This document shows positions 1 through 9,441 of a DNA stretch of 48,344 nucleotides, piece after piece. The position numbers and the translations under genes were made by a program. Source of the stretch: Candidatus Collierbacteria bacterium GW2011_GWB1_44_6 (GTDB lineage: Bacteria; Patescibacteriota; Microgenomatia; UBA1400; MFAQ01); assembly GCA_000998025.1 (NCBI GenBank), contig LCJG01000001.1, positions 1 through 48,344 of the forward strand, read 5' to 3'. The number at the start of each line of letters is the position of its first letter. Positions within the stretch are counted from its first letter, which is position 1. The notes under the pieces were generated by a model. It was not told the DNA's origin and made no database searches. It worked only from the letters and a program-made list of their open reading frames with translations.

Positions 1-183
1 CTCAAAGGAGTAGTTGTCAATATGGCCAACTGCACCATCAGGCAAACCGTTAACAGCGACGTCAGAAAATTGAAAGGGCCCGCAGTATTGATTCTCGGCG
101 GCTACTCTATCCGGTTTCAGAGCCAGGAGAGCAGACGTGGCCACAATTGCGAGGACGAAGAGTGTTTTGAATATGGTTTTCAT
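1..183 (-). CDS. Partial CDS (N-terminal 61 codons, continues past the window start): exported hypothetical protein
   Basis: My own reverse-strand translation from the ATG at 183..181 gives MKTIFKTLFVLAIVATSALLALKPDRVAAENQYCGPFQF... The frame stays open to the window edge and has a signal-peptide-like N-terminus. It is missing from the ORF track because there is no stop inside the window. Confidence 0.4.
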   Translation of the reverse strand, partial: MKTIFKTLFVLAIVATSALLALKPDRVAAENQYCGPFQFSDVAVNGLPDGAVGHIDNYSFE

Positions 184-329
184 TGTCTGCCTCCTTAGCA
201 GATTTCAGATTTTTTAGGTGCGACTTACTTATAGCAATATACTCTAAATCAACAGATTTGTCAAGTTATAGGATTCATTTGAGCGTGAACTTGACGGTTA
301 AGGTCTTTTTTGGGATACTTTACCAAGCT

Positions 330-1190
330 ATGAAACGCAATCAAATCATCCTCCTGGTTGTTGGAATCCTGGTAGTCTTAATTTCTGCCATCTTCTTTGT
401 CTCCAAAGGGAGCAAAAAGGATCCATCCGGCGAAGTCAAAAAACCTTCTCCCTTGACCACCAAAATTTTGATAAACGAGCTTCCTCTTGCCGAAAGACCA
501 TTTACGGTACTAGTGCCTCACGCCACCAACCGTCTTTTTACCTTTGTTACCATCGGTGCAGATAAAGCCGATGCCGCCACTCTGGATCTGGAATACCAGT
601 CCGGGGACTTGCTAAAGGGGGCCAGGGCTTCCCTAGAAGCACCCATCTCCAACACCTTCGTTAAAGCCATTATCCTCGGTAGTTGTTCTACCGGTGGCAA
701 GTGCACTTTTGACACTGACCTTAAGTCTGGTACCCTCAAGTACAAACTTCATTTTCCCGGCCAAGACGTTACCCATCTCTTAAAGGGGGACTTCACTTTC
801 GTTTCCGGCCAAAAAAATCTTCCGGATGGGAAAGTAATTTATGAACCATCAAAAGCGACGGCTAAAGACAATTTGATTTTGCTCAACTCCTTTGGACTTC
901 CCAAAACAGTCGAAAAAGAAACCCTAATGTATCCAATTGTTCTTTCATCGACAAGCGACAAAACAATTGCCGGCACTCTCACCATTAACCAAGCAGGGGT
1001 TACTGGCGCGGCCATCTACGACGGCACTGAGTATAAGGACCTAAAGATAGCTATTAAAGACAACTCTCTTACTATAGCCCTCAACCACAAACCATGGTCC
1101 ATGAAGGCCGATATCGTCCGTGACGACGAAAAGGGTAGTAAAGAATCCGTCACACTCTATCTCCTCGGCCCAATAGTCTTATACAAATAA
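330..1190 (+). CDS. Hypothetical membrane-anchored extracytoplasmic protein
   Basis: ORF 183..1190. I place the start at the internal ATG at 330 (MKRNQIILLVVGILVVLISAIFFVSKG...), which gives a short basic N-terminus and one hydrophobic helix. The 49 upstream codons look non-coding. No family recognised. Confidence 0.6.
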   Translation: MKRNQIILLVVGILVVLISAIFFVSKGSKKDPSGEVKKPSPLTTKILINELPLAERPFTVLVPHATNRLFTFVTIGADKADAATLDLEYQSGDLLKGARASLEAPISNTFVKAIILGSCSTGGKCTFDTDLKSGTLKYKLHFPGQDVTHLLKGDFTFVSGQKNLPDGKVIYEPSKATAKDNLILLNSFGLPKTVEKETLMYPIVLSSTSDKTIAGTLTINQAGVTGAAIYDGTEYKDLKIAIKDNSLTIALNHKPWSMKADIVRDDEKGSKESVTLYLLGPIVLYK

Positions 1191-1191
1191 A

Positions 1192-1214
1192 AACGCCCCT
1201 TTTTGGGGGGCGTT
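1192..1214 (-). terminator. Intrinsic terminator hairpin between convergent genes
   Basis: The hairpin is AACGCCCC / TTTTTGG / GGGGCGTT. On the minus strand it is followed by TTTTATTT, which suits gene 1221..1547. On the plus strand the U-tract is absent, so bidirectional function is uncertain. Confidence 0.6.
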
Positions 1215-1220
1215 CAACAG

Positions 1221-1547
1221 CTATTTTTCCTCTAATTCTTCGATCATGGCAGAAGTCCGTATGGCTTCAGCCACCAGTAAATACACACTGGCGTTGCAGA
1301 CGAAACCCTCATGCATTTCGATCATGATCGAATGCTGGCTTACACTAATCCTCTTGACCCCCTTCACAAAAGCGAACTTCGCCAGCATCCATGTCACCCC
1401 AACCCCATGCTGGGCCGCCATCTGAGCCTGATCGAAGTCAGTCAGGGGGAATTCGAAAGTAGCAGTTCTTCGTTGAAATTCGGCTTCCGTACTATACTCG
1501 ACCAAATTATTTTGGAAGACAACCGTCTTTATCTTGAATTGCCTCAT
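1221..1547 (-). CDS. Hypothetical protein (108 aa), divergent from the mraZ operon
   Basis: Intact ORF with a terminator directly after its stop. No family recognised. The overlapping plus-strand ORF 1311..1583 looks like an antisense artefact. Confidence 0.5.
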   Translation of the reverse strand: MRQFKIKTVVFQNNLVEYSTEAEFQRRTATFEFPLTDFDQAQMAAQHGVGVTWMLAKFAFVKGVKRISVSQHSIMIEMHEGFVCNASVYLLVAEAIRTSAMIEELEEK

Positions 1548-1669
1548 TTTTTGCTCCTTGGAAAATTAGAGTACTATCTATAAGAAAAATAGATTATGGG
1601 ACGAATATTACACCGCGTAGAACCATAAGTCAACATTTCACGCACATTTTACACAACCTACATTAGGAC

Positions 1670-1697
1670 TTGACACGATATATATTTTGTATATACT
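1670..1697 (+). promoter_or_regulatory. Sigma70-type promoter of the dcw operon
   Basis: TTGACA (1670..1675), a 16-nt spacer, then TATACT (1692..1697), about 60 nt upstream of the mraZ ATG. Confidence 0.6.
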
Positions 1698-1699
1698 GA

Positions 1700-1738
1700 A
1701 AAGTGGTGACAAGTGGTGAAGTAACCTATAAATACCAC
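1700..1738 (+). promoter_or_regulatory. Candidate MraZ operator (direct repeats in 10-bp register)
   Basis: AAGTGGTGA occurs at 1701..1709 and again at 1711..1719. An inverted copy of the AGTGGT core lies at 1733..1738. All lie immediately downstream of the -10 element. Confidence 0.45.
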
Positions 1739-1756
1739 TGAGCCTGCCTATGAATT

Positions 1757-2188
1757 ATGTTTACTGGACGCTATTACCATTCGATCGAAGCCAAAGGACG
1801 TCTGGCTATACCTCAGGTCTTCAGGGAAGAACTAGTATCCGGTGGAGTCATCACTTGGGGTCTGGATGGGTGTCTGTTTCTTTTCCCAGCCTCATATTGG
1901 CAGAAGTTCTCCGAAAAGCTGGCCTCCCTGTCATTAACCAATCCGAGCGCGCGGAATTTGACGCGTCTCTTGGTGCAGTCAGCCGCCGATCTCGATCTCG
2001 ACAGCCAAGGAAGAACTCTGATTCCCGAATATCTCAGACAACAAGCCAATCTAAAAAAGCAAGTGGTCGTCGCCGGATCCCTGACCAGAATTGAAATCTG
2101 GGACCGCGATACATATCACCAGCACCTTGACTTAATAGCGCAACAAGTAAATGAAGGGGGAGAATCATTTCTTTCCCTAGATATATGA
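1757..2188 (+). CDS. mraZ: Transcriptional regulator MraZ
   Basis: The N-terminus MFTGRYYHSIEAKGRLAIP matches the MraZ signature, and a second SpoVT/AbrB-like half contains DSQGRTLIP. It is the first gene of the dcw cluster. Confidence 0.9.
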   Translation: MFTGRYYHSIEAKGRLAIPQVFREELVSGGVITWGLDGCLFLFPASYWQKFSEKLASLSLTNPSARNLTRLLVQSAADLDLDSQGRTLIPEYLRQQANLKKQVVVAGSLTRIEIWDRDTYHQHLDLIAQQVNEGGESFLSLDI

Positions 2189-3123
2189 GTGAAATAATTG
2201 ACAGACACTTTTCAGCTTTCAAAGGTGAACTCACCAAACTCTATGGTTTCAAACCTGGTTATCATTTTTTGGATCTAACCTTAGGTGATGGTGGACACAC
2301 GGAGGAGGCTCTTTCCGCCGGCTGTCGTGTCGTTTCTTTTGATGTTGACCCTGAGGCAATCAAAAGAGCGATTGATTTTGTTCCCAAAAAATATAAACCT
2401 TTGATAATCGACCCCGAGCAAGTTACTGAGAATATCCCCAAAGCTTTCACCTGGGTAATAATTAAAAGCAATTTTGTCAAAGTCGCAGAAATAGTCAAGT
2501 CGTTAGCTTTACCAAAATTTGACGGCATTATGGCCGACCTGGGTCCATCGCAATATCAAGTCCTTTCACCTGGTCGCGGTTTCAGTTTTTCTGTAGACGA
2601 GCCACTGGACATGAGACTCGATAAGAATTTAGGAGTTACCGCTGCCGATCTTTTGGCTGTTTTAAACGAAGGGGAGTTGTCTGATCTTTTTGACATTGCC
2701 GATGAACCATTCGCCAAACCCCTGGCACGAATAATCGTCAAACAGAGACAAATTACCCCCATCGTAACCACCAAACAACTTTCCGAAATTGTTAGCAAAG
2801 TTAAAAGGTTTCGAATCCAAGGGAAGATTCACCCTGCCACTCAAGTCTTCATGGCTCTGCGTATGGCTGTCAACCTGGAAAGAGATAACATCCGAGAACT
2901 CATTCCTCATCTTCCTGAACTTTTGAACAAAGGGGGGGTGGTTGGCGTCATCAGTTTTCATTCCGGTGAAGACAAAATAATCAAAGAATATTTTGAGGAA
3001 ATGGAAAACAAACAAATACTTCGCGCTATTAATAAAAAACCAATTGAACCTTCGGACAAAGAATTACAAATCAGTCAACGAACCCGCAGTGCCAAACTTA
3101 GACTCGCTAAAAAATATAGTTAA
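2185..3123 (+). CDS. rsmH: 16S rRNA (cytosine1402-N4)-methyltransferase RsmH/MraW
   Basis: Contains LDLTLGDGGH (SAM-binding) and ISFHSGEDKIIK motifs. ATGA overlap with mraZ and the canonical position after it. Confidence 0.9.
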   Translation: MSEIIDRHFSAFKGELTKLYGFKPGYHFLDLTLGDGGHTEEALSAGCRVVSFDVDPEAIKRAIDFVPKKYKPLIIDPEQVTENIPKAFTWVIIKSNFVKVAEIVKSLALPKFDGIMADLGPSQYQVLSPGRGFSFSVDEPLDMRLDKNLGVTAADLLAVLNEGELSDLFDIADEPFAKPLARIIVKQRQITPIVTTKQLSEIVSKVKRFRIQGKIHPATQVFMALRMAVNLERDNIRELIPHLPELLNKGGVVGVISFHSGEDKIIKEYFEEMENKQILRAINKKPIEPSDKELQISQRTRSAKLRLAKKYS

Positions 3124-3160
3124 CATCAAATTAATATCCGTAATTACGGTTATATTGTTT

Positions 3161-3397
3161 ATGATTCTTGCTGTCATGAATTTGATCGGAACCAACATTC
3201 TCTCAACCCAAGGCATTGCGGTGAGTGAAGCAGAGACGCACACTTTAAAATTGGAAAAAGAAAATCAACAGCTCTCTGTTAAGATAGAGGAAGCGGTCAG
3301 ACTTGGAGGTCTAGAAGATACTGCCAGACAAAACGGATTTATCAGATCAAAGAGCATCGTATTTGTCCCGTCACCACCAACCTTTGCCTCCAGATAA
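3161..3397 (+). CDS. FtsL-like cell-division protein (single TM + coiled coil); start uncertain
   Basis: Lies between rsmH and ftsI. A hydrophobic segment (ISVITVILFMILAVMNLIGTNIL) is followed by a heptad-like region (EAETHTLKLEKENQQLSVKIEEA). The first ATG after the rsmH stop is 3161, but it truncates the TM helix. TTG at 3155 or an ATC/ATA start near 3125 would restore it. Confidence 0.5.
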   Translation: MILAVMNLIGTNILSTQGIAVSEAETHTLKLEKENQQLSVKIEEAVRLGGLEDTARQNGFIRSKSIVFVPSPPTFASR

Positions 3398-3400
3398 TTC

Positions 3401-5077
3401 ATGCTAAAAACCCAGGGAACAACCAGTAACCGCCTCCAGGTTATTACCTTCCTCATCCCCATCATATTTCTAATTCTAGTAGGACGATTATTTTACTGGA
3501 TGGTAATCAGGGGTCCGGAATTGCAGACCAAGGCCAACCGTCAGCATCAGACAGTGACTATTCTCAAGGCAAAAAGGGGAAATATCCTTGATTCTGAAGG
3601 AGGTGTCTTGGCCGGGACAAAAAATTTATACCACCTATTCGTCTACAAACCTCAATTAACTATTTCCAATAACGATCTTGTAGAAAAACTGGTAACTCAC
3701 TTGGCTTTCGACCAAGAAGCTAGTACTGAAGCAGAACTTAGGGACCATTTACAAAACCGTCTCGCGCTCGATTCAAACTGGGTTTCTTTAAAGCATTATC
3801 TGATCCCCGAGGAAAAAGAGAAGGTTGAATCTGAAAAAATTCCCGGTATCGGTTTTGAAGACGAATATGTCAGATTTTACCCCGATGCCAGCATGGCCGG
3901 ACAGATACTGGGCTTTGTTGGTCAAGATGCTGCTGGACAAGAGCAGGGTTATTTTGGTCTTGAGGGATATTTTGATCGACTGCTCAAGGGTAGAGAGGGG
4001 CGCATCAGAACAGAAAATGATGCTCAAGGAAACCCAATTCTTATAGGCAATTATCAGTTTCTTCATTCGATTGAGGGGAAATCATTGAAAACAACGATCG
4101 ATAAGAGGATGCAGTATCTATCAGAAGCCATGCTCAAAGAAGGGCTTGAAAAATACCAAGCCTCCGCTGGGACTATCATTATTATGGAAACTGCGACCGG
4201 CAAGATAAGAGCCATGGTCTCAAATCCTAATTATGACCCTGGGAAGTTCTCGGAATTTGATAACAAAGTCTATAAAAATCCGGCTGTAGCCGATCTTTTT
4301 GAGCCTGGTTCCGTTTTCAAACCTTTGGTTATGGCTGCTGGCCTCAACGAAAACTTAATCACGCCGGAAACACAATGCGATATCTGTTCCGGGCCTATAA
4401 ATATAGGAAAATATACAATCAAGACTTGGGACGAGAAGTATCATGCTTCGACCACCATGACAGATGTCATAGTTCATTCGGATAACACCGGCATGGTTTT
4501 TGTCGCCAGAAAACTTGGTCCAGAGAAATTCGCAGAATACATAAAGAATTATGGCTTTGGAAAAAAAACCAAAATTCAACTTCAAGAAGAAGTATCAGGG
4601 GTGGGTAGAGAAGCGAATAATTATGGTGACATCGATTTGGCGACCAACTCTTTTGGCCAGGGAATTGCTGTCACCCCCGTACAACTAATTGCTGCCCTAA
4701 ATACTATTGCCAACAACGGGGTTTATATATCTCCTACCTTGGTGGAAGGCGAACCTTCCCCCGAAACAAGGAGTGTTCTTCGTCCGGAAACGGTCTCAAA
4801 AATGACTCAGATAATGATCCAAGCAGTTGAAAGCGGCGAGGCTAAATGGGCAAGACCTAAAGGCCTTACAGTCGCTGGAAAAACAGGTACGGCTCAAATT
4901 CCCATTGAAGGTCATTACGACCCAGAAAAAACAATTGCGAGTTTCATTGGTTTTTTTCCAGCCTATAGGCCACAATACACCATGCTGGTCTCCCTAAGGG
5001 AGCCTCAAACTTCCCCTTGGGGCTCAGAAACTGCCGCCCCTTTATGGTTTGCTTTGGCCAAACAGCTTTTGCTATAA
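3401..5077 (+). CDS. ftsI: Class B penicillin-binding protein / peptidoglycan D,D-transpeptidase FtsI
   Basis: N-terminal TM helix plus the transpeptidase motifs SVFK (SxxK), SDN (SxN) and KTGTA (KTG), in the dcw position. Confidence 0.85.
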   Translation: MLKTQGTTSNRLQVITFLIPIIFLILVGRLFYWMVIRGPELQTKANRQHQTVTILKAKRGNILDSEGGVLAGTKNLYHLFVYKPQLTISNNDLVEKLVTHLAFDQEASTEAELRDHLQNRLALDSNWVSLKHYLIPEEKEKVESEKIPGIGFEDEYVRFYPDASMAGQILGFVGQDAAGQEQGYFGLEGYFDRLLKGREGRIRTENDAQGNPILIGNYQFLHSIEGKSLKTTIDKRMQYLSEAMLKEGLEKYQASAGTIIIMETATGKIRAMVSNPNYDPGKFSEFDNKVYKNPAVADLFEPGSVFKPLVMAAGLNENLITPETQCDICSGPINIGKYTIKTWDEKYHASTTMTDVIVHSDNTGMVFVARKLGPEKFAEYIKNYGFGKKTKIQLQEEVSGVGREANNYGDIDLATNSFGQGIAVTPVQLIAALNTIANNGVYISPTLVEGEPSPETRSVLRPETVSKMTQIMIQAVESGEAKWARPKGLTVAGKTGTAQIPIEGHYDPEKTIASFIGFFPAYRPQYTMLVSLREPQTSPWGSETAAPLWFALAKQLLL

Positions 5078-5095
5078 AGCCCTAGAAAGATTAAA

Positions 5096-5476
5096 ATGTA
5101 TTCAATGCTAAATAGATTAAGGGTTCACCGGGTATCATTGCAGCACGCTTATGACGGCTTTGTCCACACCATCAAGACGCAGCCTAATTTTAGATTTCAC
5201 TTGTTAGCTACAATTTCCGTGATTCTTTTGGGGTATTATTACCATATTTCTGCCCTAGAGTGGCTGGTTATTGTTTTCACTATCAATATGGTATTGATAG
5301 CAGAAATGGTTAACACTTCCATCGAGTCGGTAGTTGATCTCATTACTTTGGAGCGTAGATTGGACGCCAAAATTGCCAAAGATGTTTCCGCCGGCATGGT
5401 CCTGGTTTCGGCGGTGCTGGCCACAATCATCGCCTTGATTGTCTTTTTACCCAAAATATTAATCTCACTCTCCTAA
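5096..5476 (+). CDS. dgkA: DgkA-family lipid kinase (diacylglycerol/undecaprenol kinase)
   Basis: 126 aa with three TM segments and the prokaryotic DAGK motifs EMVNTSIESVVD and AKDVSAGMVL. Confidence 0.75.
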   Translation: MYSMLNRLRVHRVSLQHAYDGFVHTIKTQPNFRFHLLATISVILLGYYYHISALEWLVIVFTINMVLIAEMVNTSIESVVDLITLERRLDAKIAKDVSAGMVLVSAVLATIIALIVFLPKILISLS

Positions 5477-6502
5477 ATGGATATATTACTAGGAATACTA
5501 ATCATCTCCTTCATTATCCACGCTTTTAGCATTGTACCTTTTGTTAACTTTCTTTATGGTCTCAAGTTTTTCAAAAACAGGTCTGCCGTATCCAAAGAAA
5601 AAACTGATGAAGCCTCCGTTCACATCAGGTCCAAGGCCCGCACTCCTGAGGGTGGTGGTTTATTAATCCTTGTCATCACCAGTTTAATTTTTGCCATCAT
5701 CCTACCGATTATGAAAAGATTGGGATTCGAAATTACACATGTGTACCCGATAAATGACGAAATCAATATAATTTTCTTCACTTTTATTTCCTTTGGACTA
5801 TTAGGACTTTACGATGATATTGTGAAAGTTTTTGAGCTTGATCGTCAGGAGGGCTATACGGGACTAAAGACCGGCTACAAGTTTCTCATCCAAGCAATAC
5901 TGGGATTTATTATTGGTGCAATGATGTATGTCAATCTCGGTATAGATATTATCCACATTCCTTTTTTTGGTGTCGTTCACTTTGGGATATGGTTTATTCC
6001 AGTGGCAGCTTTTCTGGTGGTCACTTTTGCCAATGCCATAAATATTACCGACGGTATGGACGGGTTAGCTTCCGGCTTGTTGATGATTTCTTTGTTCGGT
6101 TTTTTAATTCTTTCCACCTCAGTTCTTGATACTCCACTATCTATATTTATTGCTCTTTGGCTAGGAGGCTTAATGGCCTTTCTTTATTTCAATGTCTTTC
6201 CTGCCCGTATCATTTTGGGGGATGTTGGAGCTCTGGCCTTTGGCGCAACCTTTGCCACGGTCGGCATTCTCACAGGCAAGGTGGTTGCCCTAATGATTAT
6301 TGGTCTACCCTTTCTTGTCGACGGTTTTAGTAGTTTTCTCCAAATTCTTTGGGTCAAAATCTTCCATCGTCGAATATTACCCATAGCCCCACTCCACTAC
6401 CTCTTGTTAAAAATTGGCTGGAGTGAGCCAAAGATAGTTCAAAGAGCTTGGCTCGTTGGCATCATGCTTGTTGTTTTTGGCATCTGGTTGGCCATTATTT
6501 AG
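5477..6502 (+). CDS. mraY: Phospho-N-acetylmuramoyl-pentapeptide transferase MraY
   Basis: Polytopic membrane protein with NAINITDGMDGLASG and GDVGALAFG motifs. TAAATG junction with dgkA. Confidence 0.9.
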   Translation: MDILLGILIISFIIHAFSIVPFVNFLYGLKFFKNRSAVSKEKTDEASVHIRSKARTPEGGGLLILVITSLIFAIILPIMKRLGFEITHVYPINDEINIIFFTFISFGLLGLYDDIVKVFELDRQEGYTGLKTGYKFLIQAILGFIIGAMMYVNLGIDIIHIPFFGVVHFGIWFIPVAAFLVVTFANAINITDGMDGLASGLLMISLFGFLILSTSVLDTPLSIFIALWLGGLMAFLYFNVFPARIILGDVGALAFGATFATVGILTGKVVALMIIGLPFLVDGFSSFLQILWVKIFHRRILPIAPLHYLLLKIGWSEPKIVQRAWLVGIMLVVFGIWLAII

Positions 6503-6503
6503 C

Positions 6504-7580
6504 ATGAAACGAGGATCTCACCTTCATAAACTTCCACTGTATATACTGTTTTTTGGGATACTAGTTGCCAGTTTGGGGCTCATCGCCATCTACGACGCCT
6601 CGGTCATTGACGCCTACAGAACTTTTTCAGATAAATTTCATTATGTAAAACAGCAGTCCACCTGGCTTATTTTGGGTATTGTGATCGCACTAATTACGGC
6701 CAATATCCCAATTGCCTGGTTAAAAAAAAATGCGGCCTTGCTTTATGGTATATCACTTTTTTTGATGCTTGTGGTCCTTATTCCCGGCATAGGTTCAAGC
6801 TTCTTGGGTGCCAGAAGGTGGCTTGTGTTTGGGCCGGTAATTATTCAGCCATCTGAGCTACTAAAGATCACCCTAGCTATATATTTAGCTAAATGGCTGG
6901 AGAGAGGCATAGAGATAAAACACTTTCTTATCTTACTTGGAATCAATCTCGGCTTGATCATGCTACAGCCTGATCTGGGAACTGCCATCATTATCGTTGG
7001 CATGACTTTTATGATTTACTATTTGTCCGGTGCCAAAATCTTAGAGATATTTTATTTTTGTTTAATATTATTGGTAGCCATTAGTGGACTCATCTTTGCG
7101 TCTCCATACCGCATGAATCGCGTGAAGACCTTTATGGATCCCACCCAGGACCCCCTCGGCGCCTCCTATCACATCAATCAAGTACTATATGGCTTGGGAT
7201 CGGGTGGACTTTATGGAGTCGGTCTCGGTAGATCACGTCAGAAATACGCCTATCTACCGGAAGCTACAACAGACTCTATCTTTGTTATCATTGCCGAAGA
7301 ATTTGGTTTCTTCGGCAGTACTATACTGATTTTATTACTAGTTGGTCTACTCACCGCTTCACTCAAAGTTGCTCAAAGTGTAGGTGATAAATTTGATAAA
7401 CTATTGGCCAGTGGTATCTCGCTATTATTTATAATCCAAATTTTGGTAAATCTTAGTTCTATGGTTGCCTTAATCCCTCTTACCGGTGTACCCTTGCCAT
7501 TTATTTCCTACGGTGGCTCTTCACTCGTCACAAACTTTATTGCCTTAGGTCTTTTAATAAATATCGCTAAACGGGTATGA
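6504..7580 (+). CDS. ftsW: SEDS-family peptidoglycan glycosyltransferase FtsW
   Basis: ORF 6456..7580. The start is taken at ATG 6504, one nt after the mraY stop. SEDS motifs present: LQPDLGTA, LPEATTDSIFVIIAEEFGF, PLPFISYGGSS. Confidence 0.85.
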   Translation: MKRGSHLHKLPLYILFFGILVASLGLIAIYDASVIDAYRTFSDKFHYVKQQSTWLILGIVIALITANIPIAWLKKNAALLYGISLFLMLVVLIPGIGSSFLGARRWLVFGPVIIQPSELLKITLAIYLAKWLERGIEIKHFLILLGINLGLIMLQPDLGTAIIIVGMTFMIYYLSGAKILEIFYFCLILLVAISGLIFASPYRMNRVKTFMDPTQDPLGASYHINQVLYGLGSGGLYGVGLGRSRQKYAYLPEATTDSIFVIIAEEFGFFGSTILILLLVGLLTASLKVAQSVGDKFDKLLASGISLLFIIQILVNLSSMVALIPLTGVPLPFISYGGSSLVTNFIALGLLINIAKRV

Positions 7581-8647
7581 TACCCTTAATCGCTTTTACG
7601 GGTGGGCATCATAACAGTGCCTTGGAGGTAGCTAAGGTTCTTCAAAAAGAGGGCCTTAGGTTAATTTGGATTGGCCATAAGTTCACTGCCAGGGGGGAAA
7701 AAAGCCTGTCCGCGGAATATCAAGAAATCACCCGTGCAGGAATAAAATTTCTGGAACTGAAAACCGGGAAATTTTACCGAAAAATCGACCCCTTGGAATG
7801 GTTGAAAATTATTTTCGGTTTCTTTCAATCCTTCGTCTATCTATTAACTTATCGTCCATCTCTTATTTACTCGTCCGGTGGGTATTTGGCCGTGCCGGTT
7901 GTCATTTCCGGCTGGGCCTTGAGAATACCTTCGATAACCCACGAGCAGACGGTGGTGGCGGGATGGGCAAATAAAGCGATCGCTCCTTTTGTCAAAAAAA
8001 TTCTCTTGACTCACAATACTTCCGCGGGAAACTTCCCAAAGGGGAAATCGGTAGTGGTGGGCCTACCCATCCGCAAGGAACTTCTGAGCAAAAAATATTC
8101 CAAAAAATTTACCCCTAAGCTTATCTATATTACTTGCGGTAAACAGGGTTCGCACATCATCAATTCAGCCTTGTTTCCCATCATCCCCAAGCTAGCCAAG
8201 ACCTTCACTATTGTCCACCAAACTGGATCCAGTACTCTCACCAAAGACCTGGATAGGGCGAGGAGGATCAAGGAGCGGCTTGGAGTGGACAAGGATCGCT
8301 ATATTTTCGCTCCATATTTCTTCTCCGAAGATGCAGTTACTTATATCCGCTCTGCCTCAATTGTAGTCAGTCGCTCGGGGGCACACACCATATACGAACT
8401 ACTCCTCTTGCGAAAGAAAGCTGTCCTTATACCCATATCTTGGGTTTCACACAACGAACAACTTCTGAATGCCCGCTTGGCTCAGGGTCAAATTGGCAGT
8501 AGTGTTCTGGAAGAAAAAGATTTGTCTCCAGAGTCCCTATATCAAGCTATCATTGATCTGGCCAAGAAACCTGCAAAAAAGCCTACCATTAAACTGAATA
8601 CCCATGCTGCGGAAGAGATCGCGGATATTATCCGCAAAACCATATAA
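7577..8647 (+). CDS. murG: Undecaprenyldiphospho-muramoylpentapeptide beta-N-acetylglucosaminyltransferase MurG (GT28)
   Basis: ATGA overlap with ftsW. Has an N-terminal G-loop (FTGGHHNSALEVA, divergent from GGTGGH) and a C-terminal SRSGAHTIYELLLLRKKAVLIP segment, in the dcw position. Confidence 0.8.
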   Translation: MIPLIAFTGGHHNSALEVAKVLQKEGLRLIWIGHKFTARGEKSLSAEYQEITRAGIKFLELKTGKFYRKIDPLEWLKIIFGFFQSFVYLLTYRPSLIYSSGGYLAVPVVISGWALRIPSITHEQTVVAGWANKAIAPFVKKILLTHNTSAGNFPKGKSVVVGLPIRKELLSKKYSKKFTPKLIYITCGKQGSHIINSALFPIIPKLAKTFTIVHQTGSSTLTKDLDRARRIKERLGVDKDRYIFAPYFFSEDAVTYIRSASIVVSRSGAHTIYELLLLRKKAVLIPISWVSHNEQLLNARLAQGQIGSSVLEEKDLSPESLYQAIIDLAKKPAKKPTIKLNTHAAEEIADIIRKTI

Positions 8648-9440
8648 TAAGTTATCGAGGCGGCTTAGAAATTTGATTCTAAGCGCAAAAAACTTAATCA
8701 CTGGAGTTTTTCCTGTATTTATTTTATTGTTTACTATTTTCCTTGTTTACAATCTTTTTGTCATCAATAAGATAGAATGCACACTTGGCTCAGAATCTTG
8801 TCCTCAAGAAATTATGGAAAAGCTCCTGAAATACAGAGCTTCAAATATTCTTTTGTTAAATCAAAAAAAACTTTCTTCTTCTATCCAATCTTCATACCCT
8901 GTTGAAAAAGTTAACATAGGATTCAAAATTTTTAATACTCTCAAAATTAAGTTGGAGGGTGGCTCCGCCTCGGCACACGCTCAAGTCTCCTTGGTTAATA
9001 GTCTACCCTCATTGGAGTTGGACAGCACTTTGGGATCAACTGAGTCATCTTCGTGGAAGAAACCGACCGAAGAAATCAGTGCCTTCATCCAAACAGTCAA
9101 CTTTATTAGCTTTGAGCTCTGGAGCAACGGGCAGATGACCCCCACTGCGTCAAATGAATCCAAATTGAAGTTGTTGTTTACCAGCAAACCCGAAATCGAA
9201 ATCCTAAAATCACTCTATAGTCTCACTGCCCTAATCGATAAATACTTAGATATTGAGGAAATACTTATCCTTGATCGTCGAGTTTTCTTGAGGCAATCCA
9301 ATCAACCTGATATCATTATAAATATACCTTTCGACGAGGACACTTTGGCGCAGGCGTTGCAATCTTATGCATACCTGACTACTATTAAAAAAGACACGAA
9401 GGTTATAGATTTAAGATTTAAAAACCCTATCCTAAGATAA
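8604..9440 (+). CDS. FtsQ/DivIB-like cell-division protein (called by position and topology)
   Basis: Basic N-terminus, one TM helix (VFPVFILLFTIFLVYNLFVI) and an extracytoplasmic domain, between murG and ftsA. Sequence is too divergent for me to see motifs. The ATG at 8604 overlaps murG by 44 nt; TTG at 8673 is an alternative start. Confidence 0.5.
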   Translation: MLRKRSRILSAKPYNKLSRRLRNLILSAKNLITGVFPVFILLFTIFLVYNLFVINKIECTLGSESCPQEIMEKLLKYRASNILLLNQKKLSSSIQSSYPVEKVNIGFKIFNTLKIKLEGGSASAHAQVSLVNSLPSLELDSTLGSTESSSWKKPTEEISAFIQTVNFISFELWSNGQMTPTASNESKLKLLFTSKPEIEILKSLYSLTALIDKYLDIEEILILDRRVFLRQSNQPDIIINIPFDEDTLAQALQSYAYLTTIKKDTKVIDLRFKNPILR

Positions 9441-9441
9441 T

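Noticed and set aside
1750-2094. A 114-aa ORF in an alternative frame over mraZ.
   Set aside because: Its composition is Arg/Ser-rich and low-complexity. The mraZ frame has the family signature.
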